Translations under genes and position numbers: made by a program
The notes under the pieces: generated by a model
The model's input: the letters and a program-made list of their open reading frames with translations, nothing else
Database searches by the model: none
What the model was told of the DNA's origin: nothing
Shown here: one piece after another, positions 37,327 to 54,330 of the stretch
Position numbering within the stretch: position 1 is the stretch's first letter
How the letters are laid out: each line of letters opens with the position of its first letter
Assembly (NCBI GenBank): GCA_964016885.1
Contig: OZ024740.1
Location: 104,904,001 to 104,968,000, forward strand
Length of the DNA: 64,000 nt
DNA from: Eledone cirrhosa
Taxonomy: Eukaryota
Direction: 5' to 3'

Positions 37327-37512
37327 ATAAGAATAGGTAAATATTTAAATTATATTTTTTAATTTATTTTAAAAAATTGGTTGAATTTTGCTTGTTCCGC
37401 TTATATTAATATTATAGTTCTGGTATGTCAAATTGATACCATAGAACAACCTTAAATCATAGACAACCTATGTATTTCCAGGGGTACTTAGTACCCACGG
37501 GCATACTAACTT

Positions 37513-37575
<63 letters not shown>

Positions 37576-37630
37576 TCATCATTTCATTTTATCATGTCAT
37601 TTTACATCCGCTTTTTCCCTGCTTGCAAGG

Positions 37631-37800
37631 GAAAGTAGGATGATACTGGCTCTATATATAGCTGTCACTTCCTGTACCCCAACCTGAGGGGACAGTTCAC
37701 GCATGAACTTGATCACACCAAAAGGGTGTTGATCTAGAATTTGAACTTTAGGTGTCACTCAAGGTTCAAGGCACGGATAGATTTCGCTACATATGTATAT
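37631..37800 (-). repeat. Inverted copy of the 39805-39973 segment
   Basis: AAAGTAGGATGAT...GATAGATTTCGCTACATATGTAT is the reverse complement of 39805-39973 with few mismatches. Confidence 0.85.
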
Positions 37801-37914
37801 GTATATATATTTGTATATGTCTGTATATATATATATATATATACAGACATATACAAATATATATACATATACATATGTAGTGAAATCTATCCGCGCGATA
37901 TATATTTGTATATG

Positions 37915-38004
<90 letters not shown>

Positions 38005-38014
38005 CATATACAAA

Positions 38015-40460
<2,446 letters not shown>

Positions 40461-40679
40461 CATTTATTCTTTATATTCTCGTTATTACATTTATTCTTAT
40501 TATATTTGTTATTTAAACTATTATTATTGTTATAATCATATCTAAATAACCACATATAACCATCTAACTTTTCACTTTTACCCTTTGTTAAACATATACA
40601 TATATTTATACATATATCTGTATATATACATGCATGCAGACATATATAGACATTTTTATATATATATATATATATATAT

Positions 40680-40816
40680 AGGAACAAATAAGACCCCGAC
40701 GGCTGAGCTCAGCCGTCGGGGTCTTATTTGTTCCTATTACCCACTCTACTACCCTAAGTATTGAGTACTTTGGTGCGTTATGGTCCACTTGGTTCCTTAC
40801 CACATTTCCTTCGTTA
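40680..40816. mobile_element. Family A pLTR remnant folded back at the hammerhead stem III palindrome
   Basis: Perfect palindrome GGAACAAATAAGACCCCGACGGCT-GAGCTC-AGCCGTCGGGGTCTTATTTGTTCC followed by the family A 3' tail; (TA)n both sides. Confidence 0.8.
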
Positions 40817-40829
40817 TATATTTATATAG

Positions 40830-40895
<66 letters not shown>

Positions 40896-40898
40896 ATA

Positions 40899-41755
40899 TG
40901 ACACGCTGCTCAGGCTTTGCTCTTCCTCTCAACCACATCATCCTCTGTGTTCCTAATCTATGCTCCCAGATACAGGAAGCCCTCAACCAACTCTAGTGGC
41001 CTCCTGCCCACATTCTTAATCTTCTCTGGCTCCTTGATGTTCTCTACCAGAAACTTTGTCTCACTTTCATTAATTCTCAGCCCCACATTCATCGACAAAG
41101 TCTCCATCTCTCACATCAACTCCTCTGCCACCTTCACTGTGTTTGTCATCAACAAATTCAGCATCTGATATCTTTTTAGCCATAATTTTCCTGCTATGAG
41201 CTGGTGTTACAGTGAAGCCCAGATCCTGGTGCTTCTCCAGTGCAAGGCACATACGATAGTCCATGGCATGTCAGATTTTGAGGCCAGTGTGGAAGTTGAA
41301 CCTTCATAAAGACTTGAAGAGCTGTCTCCTCATTGCTACAGTTGAGTACATGCTGCTGTACGTGTCTAATACTTGGACACTTATCAAGAGACTCACTCAG
41401 ATGGTGGATGGGTGCTACACGAGGATGCTGAGAATGGCTCTGAACATTAATCAGTATGCACTGAGGATGAAGAACTCAGAGCTATATGGGAGCCTGCCAA
41501 AATTCAGCTCGAGAGTGATACAGAGGAGACTGCGGTTAGCTGGACATGCTCACTGACATTCACAGCTGACACTGCACTCAGTGGTCCTGTGGGAGCCCCT
41601 ACAGGGACACTCTGGAAGAGGGAGACAGAGGATGACATATGTTGATGCCCTATGGATAGACACTGGTCTCTGGGAGATATGGGACATAGCGATGATGAAG
41701 GACTGAGACTGCAGGAGGGAACTCGTCCCTGGATCTCAGGAATTTTACCCACCAT
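40899..41755 (+). mobile_element. RTE-like LINE family 3 with 5' inversion
   Basis: 40899-41262 (-) encodes ..DLGFTVTP..DAEFVDD..FLYLG..; 41263-41755 (+) continues ..LLY..TWTL..DGCYTRMLRM..RRLRLAGH. Confidence 0.8.
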
Positions 41756-41765
41756 AGATACACAT

Positions 41766-41827
<62 letters not shown>

Positions 41828-41927
41828 CAAGCGTAAAACTAATAATATATTATATATTTCTTCATTGTACTGTCGTTTGTTTTGTTATTTTTGTTTGCCT
41901 TTTGCATACATATATATGTAATATATA

Positions 41928-42418
41928 TATCATCATCATCATCATCATCATTATCATTTTATGTCTGCTTTTCCCTGCTTGCAAGGGTTGGACGGGTCCT
42001 ATTCAGCACAGCATCTTGCCACTTGTCACGGTCCTTCGTCATCTCCTCGGTGAGTTTCAGCGATCTGAGGTCTGCTCTCATCACCTCCGCCCATGTTTTA
42101 CGTGGTCTACCTCTACTGCGTCTTCCTTCTACTGGCATTTCTTGGCACTTCTTTACCCAGCGGTTATCCTCCATGCGCATCACATGTCCATACCATCTCA
42201 GCCTTCTCTCCTGCACACCACAACTTATCCCTCTTATACCCAGTTTCTTTCTCAACTCATCTATGCTTGGTCGTTCACGCACATTGACATTGCACATCCA
42301 ACGGAGCATACTTGCTTTATTTCTCTCCAGCCATCACATATCCTCTGCAGTTACTGCCCATGTCTCACTACCATGCAGCATCGCACATCACACACAGGCA
42401 TCATATAACCGTCCTTTC
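41928..42418 (-). mobile_element. RTE family 2 3' fragment with (GAT)n tail
   Basis: ORF 41959..42309 MLRWMC..RRLRWYGHVMRM..GRPRKTW. Confidence 0.9.
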
Positions 42419-42831
42419 GTACATACACACATACATGCACATGCAGACACACATATAGACATATAATGAAAGAACTTTTACAAAACAATTAATTAATTAG
42501 TTCACTAATCAACTGATTGATGGATTAATTAACTAATTAAAAAAACTGAAGAGACACTCAATCAGTGTGCTTGTTTTGATTGGCAGTATGATGCTCCTGA
42601 AGCCAACAATATGTGTGTATATATATATATATATATATCATCATCATCATCATTGTCATGATCATTTAACGTCCATTTTTCCATGCTATCATTTGGTTAG
42701 ATAAGTTGTCCCATTGTGAGACAAGTCAAGTCAGATGACCGTGTCTTGCTCATACAGAACTGATTCTGTCTTGATTTCTATGGCTGGAAACTAAACGAGA
42801 ATCAGAATTATACAATTATATATATATATAT

Positions 42832-43178
42832 ATCATTTCATCATTTTCATTTCATTTTACGTCCGCTTTTCCCTGCTTGCAAGGGTGGGACGGGAACTGA
42901 TTCTGGCTTGATTTCTACAGCTGGATGCCCTTCCTAACACCAACCTCATTTACAGTGAGTGCTGGGTGCTTTTTTGCCGTGGCACCTCCACGACCACTTT
43001 ACAGTGGAATGATAGGGACCCCAGTCCCTATCATCTCATTTCTACAGCTGAGTAAACTGGAGCAATGTGAAATAAAGTGTCTTGCTCAAGGAAACAACAC
43101 ATCGCCCGGTCTGAGAATTGAACTCACAACCTTTTGATTGCAAGGCCAATGCTCTAACCACTAAGCCATGTGCCTCCA
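42832..43178 (-). mobile_element. Near full-length CORE-type tRNA SINE
   Basis: Reverse complement of the 30300-30682 element. Confidence 0.87.
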
Positions 43179-43297
43179 TATCAAATGCAATATAGAAATG
43201 GCTTCTACAAGACTAGAACTGTTTACAAGTATTTATGGTTTTATTATGTATCAACCTGTTAAGCGTATGTGCACACACCCACACACCCACACACTCA

Positions 43298-43825
<528 letters not shown>

Positions 43826-43915
43826 CACTACTCCGGAGTAACCAAACCAACCTGCGCACTTCGTCGAGTGCTCCAGCCTGCATACTGAGGTGTTGGTATA
43901 CAACCAACATAAACT

Positions 43916-44010
<95 letters not shown>

Positions 44011-44013
<3 letters not shown>

Positions 44014-44396
44014 CGAAGGAAATGTGGTAAGGAACCAGGTGGACCATAACGCACCAAAGTACTCAATACTTGAGGTAGTAGAGTGGGTAATAGGAACCAG
44101 AATTAGTGGTAATAATGAGTCCAGAATTAGCCGTCGAAACGGCTTGAGCTCAGCTGTCGGGGTCTTACTGGTTCCTATATATATATATATATATATACAA
44201 TAATATATATATAACAAAGGAGTTGTGGTAAGGAACCAGATGGACCATAACGCACCAGAGTACTCAATACTTAGGTTAGTACAGTAGGTAATAGGAAAAT
44301 GTATGACCCTGACGGCAGAGCTCAAGCCATTTCGACAGCTATTTCTGGACTATAACCGTCGAAACGGCTTGAGCTCTGCCGTCGGGGGTCATACAT

Positions 44397-44400
<4 letters not shown>
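44011..44400. mobile_element. Two adjacent family A pLTR fold-back remnants separated by (TA)n
   Basis: GGTAAGGAACCAG.TGGACCATAACGCACCA tails plus CCGTCGAAACGGCTTGAGCTC..C.GTCGGGG halves; another fragment at ~45410-45470. Confidence 0.8.
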
Positions 44401-44469
<69 letters not shown>

Positions 44470-44612
44470 TATATATACATATATATATATACATATATAT
44501 ATACATATATATATATACATATATATATACATAGCGGATTTTTTTTGTTGAGACTGAACAAAAAAAAATGGCGTAGACATACAACACAACGGGAGGAACA
44601 ATGAATATAACA

Positions 44613-44652
44613 CCACTGACGATGTTGCAGATGTGCAACGAAAGATTTATGT
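44613..44652 (+). ncRNA. Minimal hammerhead motif with an extra U after A9; stem I weakened
   Basis: CA-CTGACGA-T-GTTGCA-GATG-TGCAAC-GAAA-GATT-TA-TG. Confidence 0.6.
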
Positions 44653-44869
44653 AAATTATGTAAACTATATATATATGTGTTTGTCTATATTGTATCTGTA
44701 TTATTTTTGACCGCCGGTCAGTCAATGGCAACATTGAGGACCGAGTAAGTTAGATCGCAGATATATATATATAAAAGACAGCGAGAAGCGAAAACCAACC
44801 AAACAGTGAGTGTGTTCTGTTATTAATTCTGGCAATATTACGCAAATATGACCCTCCCCAAATATAACA

Positions 44870-45015
44870 ATATATATATACATATATATATATACATATA
44901 TATATGTATATATATATGTATATATATATATGTATATATATATATGTATATATATATATGTATATATATATGTATATATATATATGTATATATATATATG
45001 TGTATATATATATGT

Positions 45016-45083
<68 letters not shown>

Positions 45084-45094
45084 GTATATATATG

Positions 45095-45169
<75 letters not shown>

Positions 45170-45306
45170 GTATATATATATATGTATATATATATATGTA
45201 TATATATGTATGTAATCCTGAATTGAAAGACTTCGCCAGGTGGTGCTATTAAGTTAGACATGGCCTGGGCCAATACTGGCCAAAACATTTCAAAGTTATT
45301 CAAAGT

Positions 45307-45392
<86 letters not shown>
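44870..45392. repeat. (TA)n/(TATG)n compound microsatellite
   Basis: Direct reading; many other (TA)n runs across 26000-45600. Confidence 0.95.
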
Positions 45393-45395
<3 letters not shown>

Positions 45396-45470
45396 ATGTA
45401 TGATATATATTTAGGAAAAGTGTCAGGACCCCGATGGCTGAGCTCCGGCCGTTTCAACAGCTAGATCCGA

Positions 45471-45579
<109 letters not shown>

Positions 45580-46539
45580 CACACACATACATATATTTTC
45601 TCATATGCGTGAAATAAGTCTTTTTGTAATTGTTTTCTGTGTTTGTTTGTTTTTTTTTACCCTTGACTTGTGTTGGGGGTAACCACAGTTAAACGAGGTA
45701 CTCAATATATTCATAGAGTAGAAGCATCTTTATTATATATATAGAAATGACTTCTACAGGATTAGAACTGTTCTAGGTATCACAACAAAAAGCACCCAGT
45801 ATACACTGTAAATGTGGTTGGCATTACGAAGGGTATCCACCCATTGAAACCAACCCAAAATCAGTTCTGTGTGAACAAAATACAGTTCTGGATGTCTCAC
45901 AACAGGACAGTACGTCCTACCCATGCTAACGTGGAAAATGAACGATGATGATGATGATGATACCATTTCACGGGGGACACATACAATAACCTTACTAACA
46001 AGACGCTACTCCCAATACACACCGTACCAAAACACTATAACATTAAACTACCCTCCACCCCACTGGCAATAATGACAACATGAAACAATAGGGGAGCTTC
46101 TTTATGGACGCTAAATATGTTAGAAATGACAGTCAAATTATCTCAAATCACGCACTATAGTCTTAAAAAAACAGAAATCACAATACAGAATGCAGTTCTA
46201 GATATAGAAAAAGGAGAATGAGAGGGCTGGAATACCTTTTATTATAACTTTACTCTATCATAGCTGATCTGGGTCTAAAAATGTTAACAATAAGAGAGAT
46301 AGTGAAAGAGAAAGAGATAGTGAAAGAAAGCAAATTGTACTCACAGGGAGGAGAGACAGAGCTGCTTCTGTTTCCTGATGTCTTAGACACATACACTCAC
46401 ATAGACAGACAAACTGACAAACTTACAAACTGACAGACAGACAGACTGACTGACTGACTGACACATAAGCAGACACTATCAATGTTGTTTGATACGTGGA
46501 GCTGATCACCAAACTTGACCAACTGAGACAGCTGTTGTC

Positions 46540-47240
46540 TTGTAGTGGTGATAGTGGAGGTGGTGGAGATGGTGTGTTGTAGTAGTGGTGATAGTTGTAT
46601 TGATGGTGGTGGATATGGTGGAGACTGTGGTGGTGGTGGTGGTGGTGGATATGGTAGAGACGGTGGTTGTGGTGGTGGTTATAGTGGTAGTGATTGTAGT
46701 AGTGGTGGTGATGGTAGTAGTAGTAGTGGCGGTGGTAGCAGTTGGAGTGATTTTAGTGGTAGTGTTTGCAGTGGAGGTGATGATTGTGATGGTGGTGGTG
46801 GTGGTGGTGATAGTGGCAATAGTAACCATAATAGTGATAGCAATGATGGTGGTTATGATGATGTCAATGTTTGTATTGCTAATGGTACTCGTTGTAGTAT
46901 GGTGGGGGTGGTAGTTGGTAATGAGATAGTAGTGGTGGTGGTGGCGGTGGTAGCAATGTTGGTGATGGTAATGGTGGTGATGGTAGTTGGTAATGAGATA
47001 ATAGTGGTGGTGGTAACAATGTAGGTGATGGTGGTGGTAGTGGTGATGGTGTTGGTGGTGGTGATAGCAATGTAGGTGATGGTGGTTGTGATGGTGGTGG
47101 TGATGGTGGTGGTAGTGGTGACGGTGTTGGTGGTGGTGATAGCAATGTTAGTGATTATCTTGGCGGTGGTGCTAGGTGTGATGGTGTCGGTGGCGGTAGT
47201 GGTGGTGGTGGTGGTGGTGGTGGTGGTGGTGGTGGCATTG
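46540..47240. repeat. Degenerate (GGT)n low-complexity tract
   Basis: Direct reading; includes ~60-bp sub-repeats at 46900-47150. Confidence 0.9.
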
Positions 47241-47341
47241 TCTAAGATGGTAGGGTATTCTATGGTAGCTACCTCTAGTAGGTTGACTGATTATGTAGAG
47301 GCTCTCATACTGGCTAAATACTGTTGTCGTTGTTGTTGGTC

Positions 47342-50300
47342 GTGGTGGTGATGGTTGTGGTGGTGATGGTTGCAGTGGTGATGGTTGTGGTGGTGATGGT
47401 TGTGGTTGTGATGGTTGTGGTGGTGATGGTTGTGGTGGTGATGGTTGTGGTGGTGATGGCTGTGGTGGTGATGGTTGTGGTGGTGATGGTTGCAGTGGTG
47501 ATGGTTGTGGTGGTGATGGTTGTGGTGGTGATGGTTGTGGTGGTGATGGTTGCAGTGGTGATGGTTGTGGTGGTGATGGTTGTGGTTGTGATGGTTGTGG
47601 TGGTGATGGTTGTGGTGGTGATGGTTGCAGTGGTGATGGTTGTGGTGGTGATGGTTGTGGTGGTGATGGTTGTGGTGGTGATGGCTGTGGTGGTGATGGT
47701 TGTGGTGGTGATGGTTGTGGTGGTGATGGCTGTGGTGGTGATGGTTGTGGTGGTGATGGTTGTGGTGGTGATGGTTGTGGTGGTGATGGTTGCGGTGGTG
47801 ATGGTTGTGGTTGTGATGGTTGTGGTGGTGATGGTTGTGGTGGTGATGGTTGCAGTGGTGATGGTTGTGGTGGTGATGGTTGTGGTTGTGATGGTTGTGG
47901 TGGTGATGGTTGTGGTAGTGATGGCTGTGGTGGTGATGGTTGTGGTGGTGATGGTTGTGGTGGTGATGGCTGTGGTGGTGATGGTTGTGGTGGTGATGGC
48001 TGTGGTGGTGATGGTTGTGGTGGTGATGGTTGTGGTTGTGATGGTTGTGGTGGTGATGGTTGTGGTGGTGATGGTTGTGGTTGTGATGGTTGTGGTTGTG
48101 ATGGTTGTGGTGGTGATGGTTGTGGTGGTGATGGTTGTGGTGGTGATGGTTGTGGTGGTGATGGTTGCAGTGGTGATGGTTGTGGTGGTGATGGTTGTGG
48201 TGGTGATGGTTGTGGTGGTGATGGTTGTGGTGGTGATGGTTGTGGTGGTGATGGTTGCGGTGGTGATGGTTGTGGTTGTGATGGTTGTGGTTGTGATGGT
48301 TGTGGTGGTGATGGTTGTGGTGGTGATGGTTGTGGTGGTGATGGTTGTGGTGGTGATGGTTGTGGTTGTGATGGTTGTGGTTGTGATGGTTGTGGTGGTG
48401 ATGGTTGTGGTTGTGATGGTTGTGGTTGTGATGGTTGTGGTGGTGATGGTTGTGGTGGTGATGGTTGTGGTGGTGATGGTTGCAGTGGTGATGGTTGTGG
48501 TGGTGATGGTTGTGGTGGTGATGGTTGTGGTGGTGATGGTTGTGGTGGTGATGGCTGTGGTGGTGATGGTTGTGGTGGTGATGGTTGTGGTGGTGATGGT
48601 TGCAGTGGTGATGGTTGTGGTGGTGATGGTTGTGGTGGTGATGGTTGTGGTGGTGATGGTTGTGGTGGTGATGGTTGCAGTGGTGATGGTTGTGGTGGTG
48701 ATGGTTGTGGTGGTGATGGTTGTGGTGGTGATGGTTGCAGTGGTGATGGTTGTGGTGGTGATGGTTGTGGTGGTGATGGTTGTGGTTGTGATGGTTGTGG
48801 TTGTGATGGTTGTGGTGGTGATGGTTGTGGTTGTGATGGTTGTGATGGTTGCAGTGGTGATGGTTGTGGTGGTGATGGTTGTGGTGGTGATGGTTGTGGT
48901 GGTGATGGTTGTGGTGGTGATGGTTGCAGTGGTGATGGTTGTGGTGGTGATGGTTGTGGTGGTGATGGTTGTGGTTGTGATGGTTGTGGTGGTGATGGTT
49001 GTGGTGGTGATGGTTGTGGTTGTGATGGTTGCAGTGGTGATGGTTGTGGTGGTGATGGTTGTGGTGGTGATGGTTGTGGTGGTGATGGTTGTGGTGGTGA
49101 TGGTTGCAGTGGTGATGGTTGTGGTGGTGATGGCTGTGGTGGTGATGGTTGTGGTGGTGATGGTTGTGGTGGTGATGGTTGTGGTGGTGATGGTTGTGGT
49201 GGTGATGGTTGTGGTTGTGATGGTTGTGGTGGTGATGGTTGTGGTTGTGATGGTTGTGATGGTTGCAGTGGTGATGGTTGTGGTGGTGATGGTTGTGGTG
49301 GTGATGGTTGTGGTGGTGATGGTTGTGGTGGTGATGGTTGCAGTGGTGATGGTTGTGGTGGTGATGGTTGTGGTGGTGATGGTTGTGGTTGTGATGGTTG
49401 TGGTGGTGATGGTTGTGGTGGTGATGGTTGTGGTTGTGATGGTTGCAGTGGTGATGGTTGTGGTGGTGATGGTTGTGGTGGTGATGGTTGTGGTGGTGAT
49501 GGTTGTGGTGGTGATGGTTGCAGTGGTGATGGTTGTGGTGGTGATGGTTGTGGTGGTGATGGTTGTGGTGGTGATGGTTGTGGTGGTGATGGTTGTGGTG
49601 GTGATGGTTGTGGTGGTGATGGTTGTGGTGGTGATGGTTGTGGTTGTGATGGTTGTGGTGGTGATGGTTGTGGTGGTGATGGTTGTGGTTGTGATGGTTG
49701 CAGTGGTGATGGTTGTGGTGGTGATGGTTGTGGTGGTGATGGTTGTGGTGGTGATGGTTTTGGTTGTGATGGTTGTGGTGGTGATGGTTGTGGTGGTGAT
49801 GGTTGTGATGGTTGCAGTGGTGATGGTTGTGGTTGTGATGGTTGCAGTGGTGATGGTTGTGGTGGTGATGGTTGTGGTGGTGATGGTTGTGGTGGTGATG
49901 GTTGTGGTTGTGATGGTTGTGGTGGTGATGGTTGTGGTTGTGATGGTTGTGGTGGTGATGGTTGTGGTTGTGATGGTTGTGGTGGTGCTGGTTGTGGTGG
50001 TGATGGTTGTGGTGGTGATGGTTGTGGTGGTGATGGTTGTGGTGGTGATGGTTGTGGTGGTGATGGTTGTGGTGGTGATGGTTGTGGTTGTGATGGTTGT
50101 GGTGGTGATGGTTGTGGTTGTGATGGTTGTGGTGGTGATGGTTGTGGTGGTGATGGTTGTGGTGGTGATGGTTGTGGTGGTGATGGTTGTGGTTGTGATG
50201 GTTGTGGTGGTGATGGTTGTGGTTGTGATGGTTGTGGTTGTGATGGTTGTGGTGGTGATGGTTGTGGTGGTGATGGTTGAGGTGGTGATGGTTGCAGTGG

Positions 50301-53300
50301 TGATGGTTGTGGTGGTGATGGTTGTGGTGGTGATGGTTGTGGTGGTGATGGTTGTGGTGGTGATGGCTGTGGTGGTGATGGTTGGGGTGGTGATGGTTGT
50401 GGTGGTGATGGTTGCAGTGGTGATGGTTGTGGTGGTGATGGTTGTGGTGGTGATGGTTGTGGTGGTGATGGTTGTGGTGGTGATGGTTGCAGTGGTGATG
50501 GTTGTGGTGGTGATGGTTGTGGTGGTGATGGTTGTGGTGGTGATGGTTGCAGTGGTGATGGTTGTGGTGGTGATGGTTGTGGTGGTGATGGTTGTGGTTG
50601 TGATGGTTGTGGTTGTGATGGTTGTGGTGGTGATGGTTGTGGTTGTGATGGTTGTGATGGTTGCAGTGGTGATGGTTGTGGTGGTGATGGTTGTGGTGGT
50701 GATGGTTGTGGTGGTGATGGTTGTGGTGGTGATGGTTGCAGTGGTGATGGTTGTGGTGGTGATGGTTGTGGTGGTGATGGTTGTGGTTGTGATGGTTGTG
50801 GTGGTGATGGTTGTGGTGGTGATAGTTGTGGTTGTGATGGTTGCAGTGGTGATGGTTGTGGTGGTGATGGTTGTGGTGGTGATGGTTGTGGTGGTGATGG
50901 TTGTGGTGGTGATGGTTGCAGTGGTGATGGTTGTGGTGGTGATGGTTGTGGTGGTGATGGTTGTGGTGGTGATGGTTGTGGTGGTGATGGTTGTGGTGGT
51001 GATGGTTGTGGTGGTGATGGTTGTGGTTGTGATGGTTGTGGTGGTGATGGTTGTGGTTGTGATGGTTGTGATGGTTGCAGTGGTGATGGTTGTGGTGGTG
51101 ATGGTTGTGGTGGTGATGGTTGTGGTGGTGATGGTTGTGGTGGTGATGGTTGCAGTGGTGATGGTTGTGGTGGTGATGGTTGTGGTGGTGATGGTTGTGG
51201 TTGTGATGGTTGTGGTGGTGATGGTTGTGGTGGTGATGGTTGTGGTTGTGATGGTTGCAGTGGTGATGGTTGTGGTGGTGATGGTTGTGGTGGTGATGGT
51301 TGTGGTGGTGATGGTTGTGGTGGTGATGGTTGCAGTGGTGATGGTTGTGGTGGTGATGGTTGTGGTGGTGATGGTTGTGGTGGTGATGGTTGTGGTGGTG
51401 ATGGTTGTGGTGGTGATGGTTGTGGTGGTGATGGTTGTGGTTGTGATGGTTGTGGTGGTGATGGTTGTGGTGGTGATGGTTGTGGTTGTGATGGTTGCAG
51501 TGGTGATGGTTGTGGTGGTGATGGTTGTGGTGGTGATGGTTGTGGTGGTGATGGTTTTGGTTGTGATGGTTGTGGTGGTGATGGTTGTGGTGGTGATGGT
51601 TGTGATGGTTGCAGTGGTGATGGTTGTGGTTGTGATGGTTGCAGTGGTGATGGTTGTGGTGGTGATGGTTGTGGTGGTGATGGTTGTGGTGGTGATGGTT
51701 GTGGTTGTGATGGTTGTGGTGGTGATGGTTGTGGTTGTGATGGTTGTGGTGGTGATGGTTGTGGTTGTGATGGTTGTGGTGGTGATGGTTGTGGTGGTGA
51801 TGGTTGTGGTGGTGATGGTTGTGGTGGTGATGGTTGTGGTGGTGATGGTTGTGGTGGTGATGGTTGTGGTGGTGATGGTTGTGGTTGTGATGGTTGTGGT
51901 GGTGATGGTTGTGGTTGTGATGGTTGTGGTGGTGATGGTTGTGGTGGTGATGGTTGTGGTGGTGATGGTTGTGGTGGTGATGGTTGTGGTTGTGATGGTT
52001 GTGGTGGTGATGGTTGTGGTGGTGATGGTTGTGGTGGTGATGGTTGTGGTGGTGATGGTTGTGGTGGTGATGGTTGTGGTGGTGATGGTTGTGGTGGTGA
52101 TGGTTGTGGTGGTGATGGTTGTGGTGGTGATGGTTGTGGTTGTGATGGTTGTGGTGGTGATGGTTGTGGTGGTGATGGTTGTGGTGGTGATGGTTGTGGT
52201 GGTGATGGTTGTGGTGGTGATGGTTGTGGTGGTGATGGTTGTGGTGGTGATGGTTGTGGTGGTGATGGTTGTGGTTGTGATGGTTGTGGTTGTGATGGTT
52301 GTGGTGGTGATGGTTGTGGTGGTGATGGTTGTGGTGGTGATGGTTGTGGTTGTGATGGTTGTGGTGGTGATGGCTGTGGTGGTGATGGTTGTGGTGGTGA
52401 TGGTTGTGGTGGTGATGGTTGTGGTGGTGATGGTTGTGGTGGTGATGGTTGTGGTTGTGATGGTTGCAGTGGTGATGGTTGTGGTGGTGATGGTTGTGGT
52501 GGTGATGGTTGCAGTGGTGATGGTTGTGGTGGTGATGGTTGTGGTGGTGATGGTTGTGGTGGTGATGGTTGTGGTGGTGATGGTTGTGGTTGTGATGGTT
52601 GTGGTGGTGATGGCTGTGGTGGTGATGGTTGTGGTGGTGATGGTTGTGGTGGTGATGGTTGTGGTGGTGATGGTTGTGGTTGTGATGGTTGCAGTGGTGA
52701 TGGTTGTGGTGGTGATGGTTGTGGTGGTGATGGTTGTGGTTGTGATGGTTGCAGTGGTGATGGTTGTGGTGGTGATGGTTGTGGTGGTGATGGTTGTGGT
52801 GGTGATGGTTGTGGTGGTGATGGTTGTGGTGGTGATGGTTGTGGTTGTGATGGTTGTGGTGGTGATGGCTGTGGTGGTGATGGTTGTGGTGGTGATGGTT
52901 GTGGTGGTGATGGTTGTGGTGGTGATGGTTGCGGTGGTGATGGTTGCGGTGGTGATGGTTGCGGTGGTGATGGTTGTGGTGGTGATGGTTGTGGTGGTGA
53001 TGGTTGTGGTGGTGATGGTTGTGGTGGTGATGGCTGTGGTGGTGATGGTTGTGGTGGTGATGGTTGCGGTGGTGATGGTTGTGGTGGTGATGGTTGCGGT
53101 GGTGATGGTTGCGGTGGTGATGGTTGCGGTGGTGATGGTTGTGGTGGTGATGGCTGTGGTTGTGATGGTTGCAGTGGTGATGGTTGTGGTGGTGATGGTT
53201 GTGGTGGTGATGGTTGTGGTTGTGATGGTTGTGGTTGTGATGGTTGTGGTTGTGATGGTTGTGGTTGTGATGGTTGCAGTGGTGATGGTTGTGGTTGTGA

Positions 53301-54330
53301 TGGTTGCAGTGGTGATGGTTGTGGTGGTGATGGTTGTGGTTGTGATGGTTGTGGTTGTGATGGTTGTGGTGGTGATGGTTGTGGTTGTGATGGTTGTGGT
53401 TGTGATGGTTGTGGTGGTGATGGTTGTGGTGGTGATGGTTGTGGTGGTGATGGTTGTGGTTGTGATGGTTGTGGTTGTGATGGTTGTGGTGGTGATGGTT
53501 GCGGTGGTGATGGTTGTGGTGGTGATGGTTGCGGTGGTGATAGTTGTGGTGGTGATGGTTGTGGTTGTGATGGTTGTGGTGGTGATGGTTGCGGTGGTGA
53601 TGGTTGTGGTTGTGATGGTTGTGGTTGTGATGGTTGTGGTTGTGATGGTTGTGGTTGTGATGGTTGCAGTGGTGATGGTTGTGGTGGTGATGGTTGTGGT
53701 GGTGATGGTTGTGGTGGTGATGGTTGCAGTGGTGATGGTTGTGGTGGTGATGGTTGTGGTTGTGATGGTTGTGGTTGTGATGGTTGTGGTTGTGATGGTT
53801 GTGGTGGTGATGGTTGTGGTGGTGATGGTTGTGGTGGTGATGGTTGCGGTGGTGATGGTTGTGGTGGTGATGGTTGTGGTTGTGATGGTTGTGGTGGTGA
53901 TGGTTGCGGTGGTGATGGTTGTGGTGGTGATGGTTGTGGTTGTGATGGTTGTGGTTGTGATGGTTGTGGTTGTGATGGTTGTGGTGGTGATGGTTGTGGT
54001 TGTGATGGTTGTGGTTGTGATGGTTGTGGTTGTGATGGTTGTGGTTGTGATGGTTGTGGTTGTGATGGTTGTGGTTGTGATGGTTGTGGTTGTGATGGTT
54101 GTGGTTGTGATGGTTGTGGTGGTGATGGTTGCGGTGGTGATGGTTGCGGTGGTGATAGTTGTGGTTGTGATGGTTGTGGTGGTGATGGTTGTGGTTGTGA
54201 TGGTTGTGGTTGTGATGGTTGTGGTGGTGATGGTTGCGGTGGTGATGGTTGCGGTGGTGATGGTTGCGGTGGTGATAGTTGTGGTGGTGATGGCTGTGGT
54301 GGTTGTGGTTGTGGTTGTAGTGGTGATGGT
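47342..54330. repeat. ~7-kb minisatellite, 15-bp unit GGTGATGGTTGTGGT
   Basis: Homogeneous tandem array with variant units (..GCAGT, ..GCGGT, ..GGTTGT, GGCTGT); source of the 2373-aa (MVVVV)n ORF. Confidence 0.98.
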
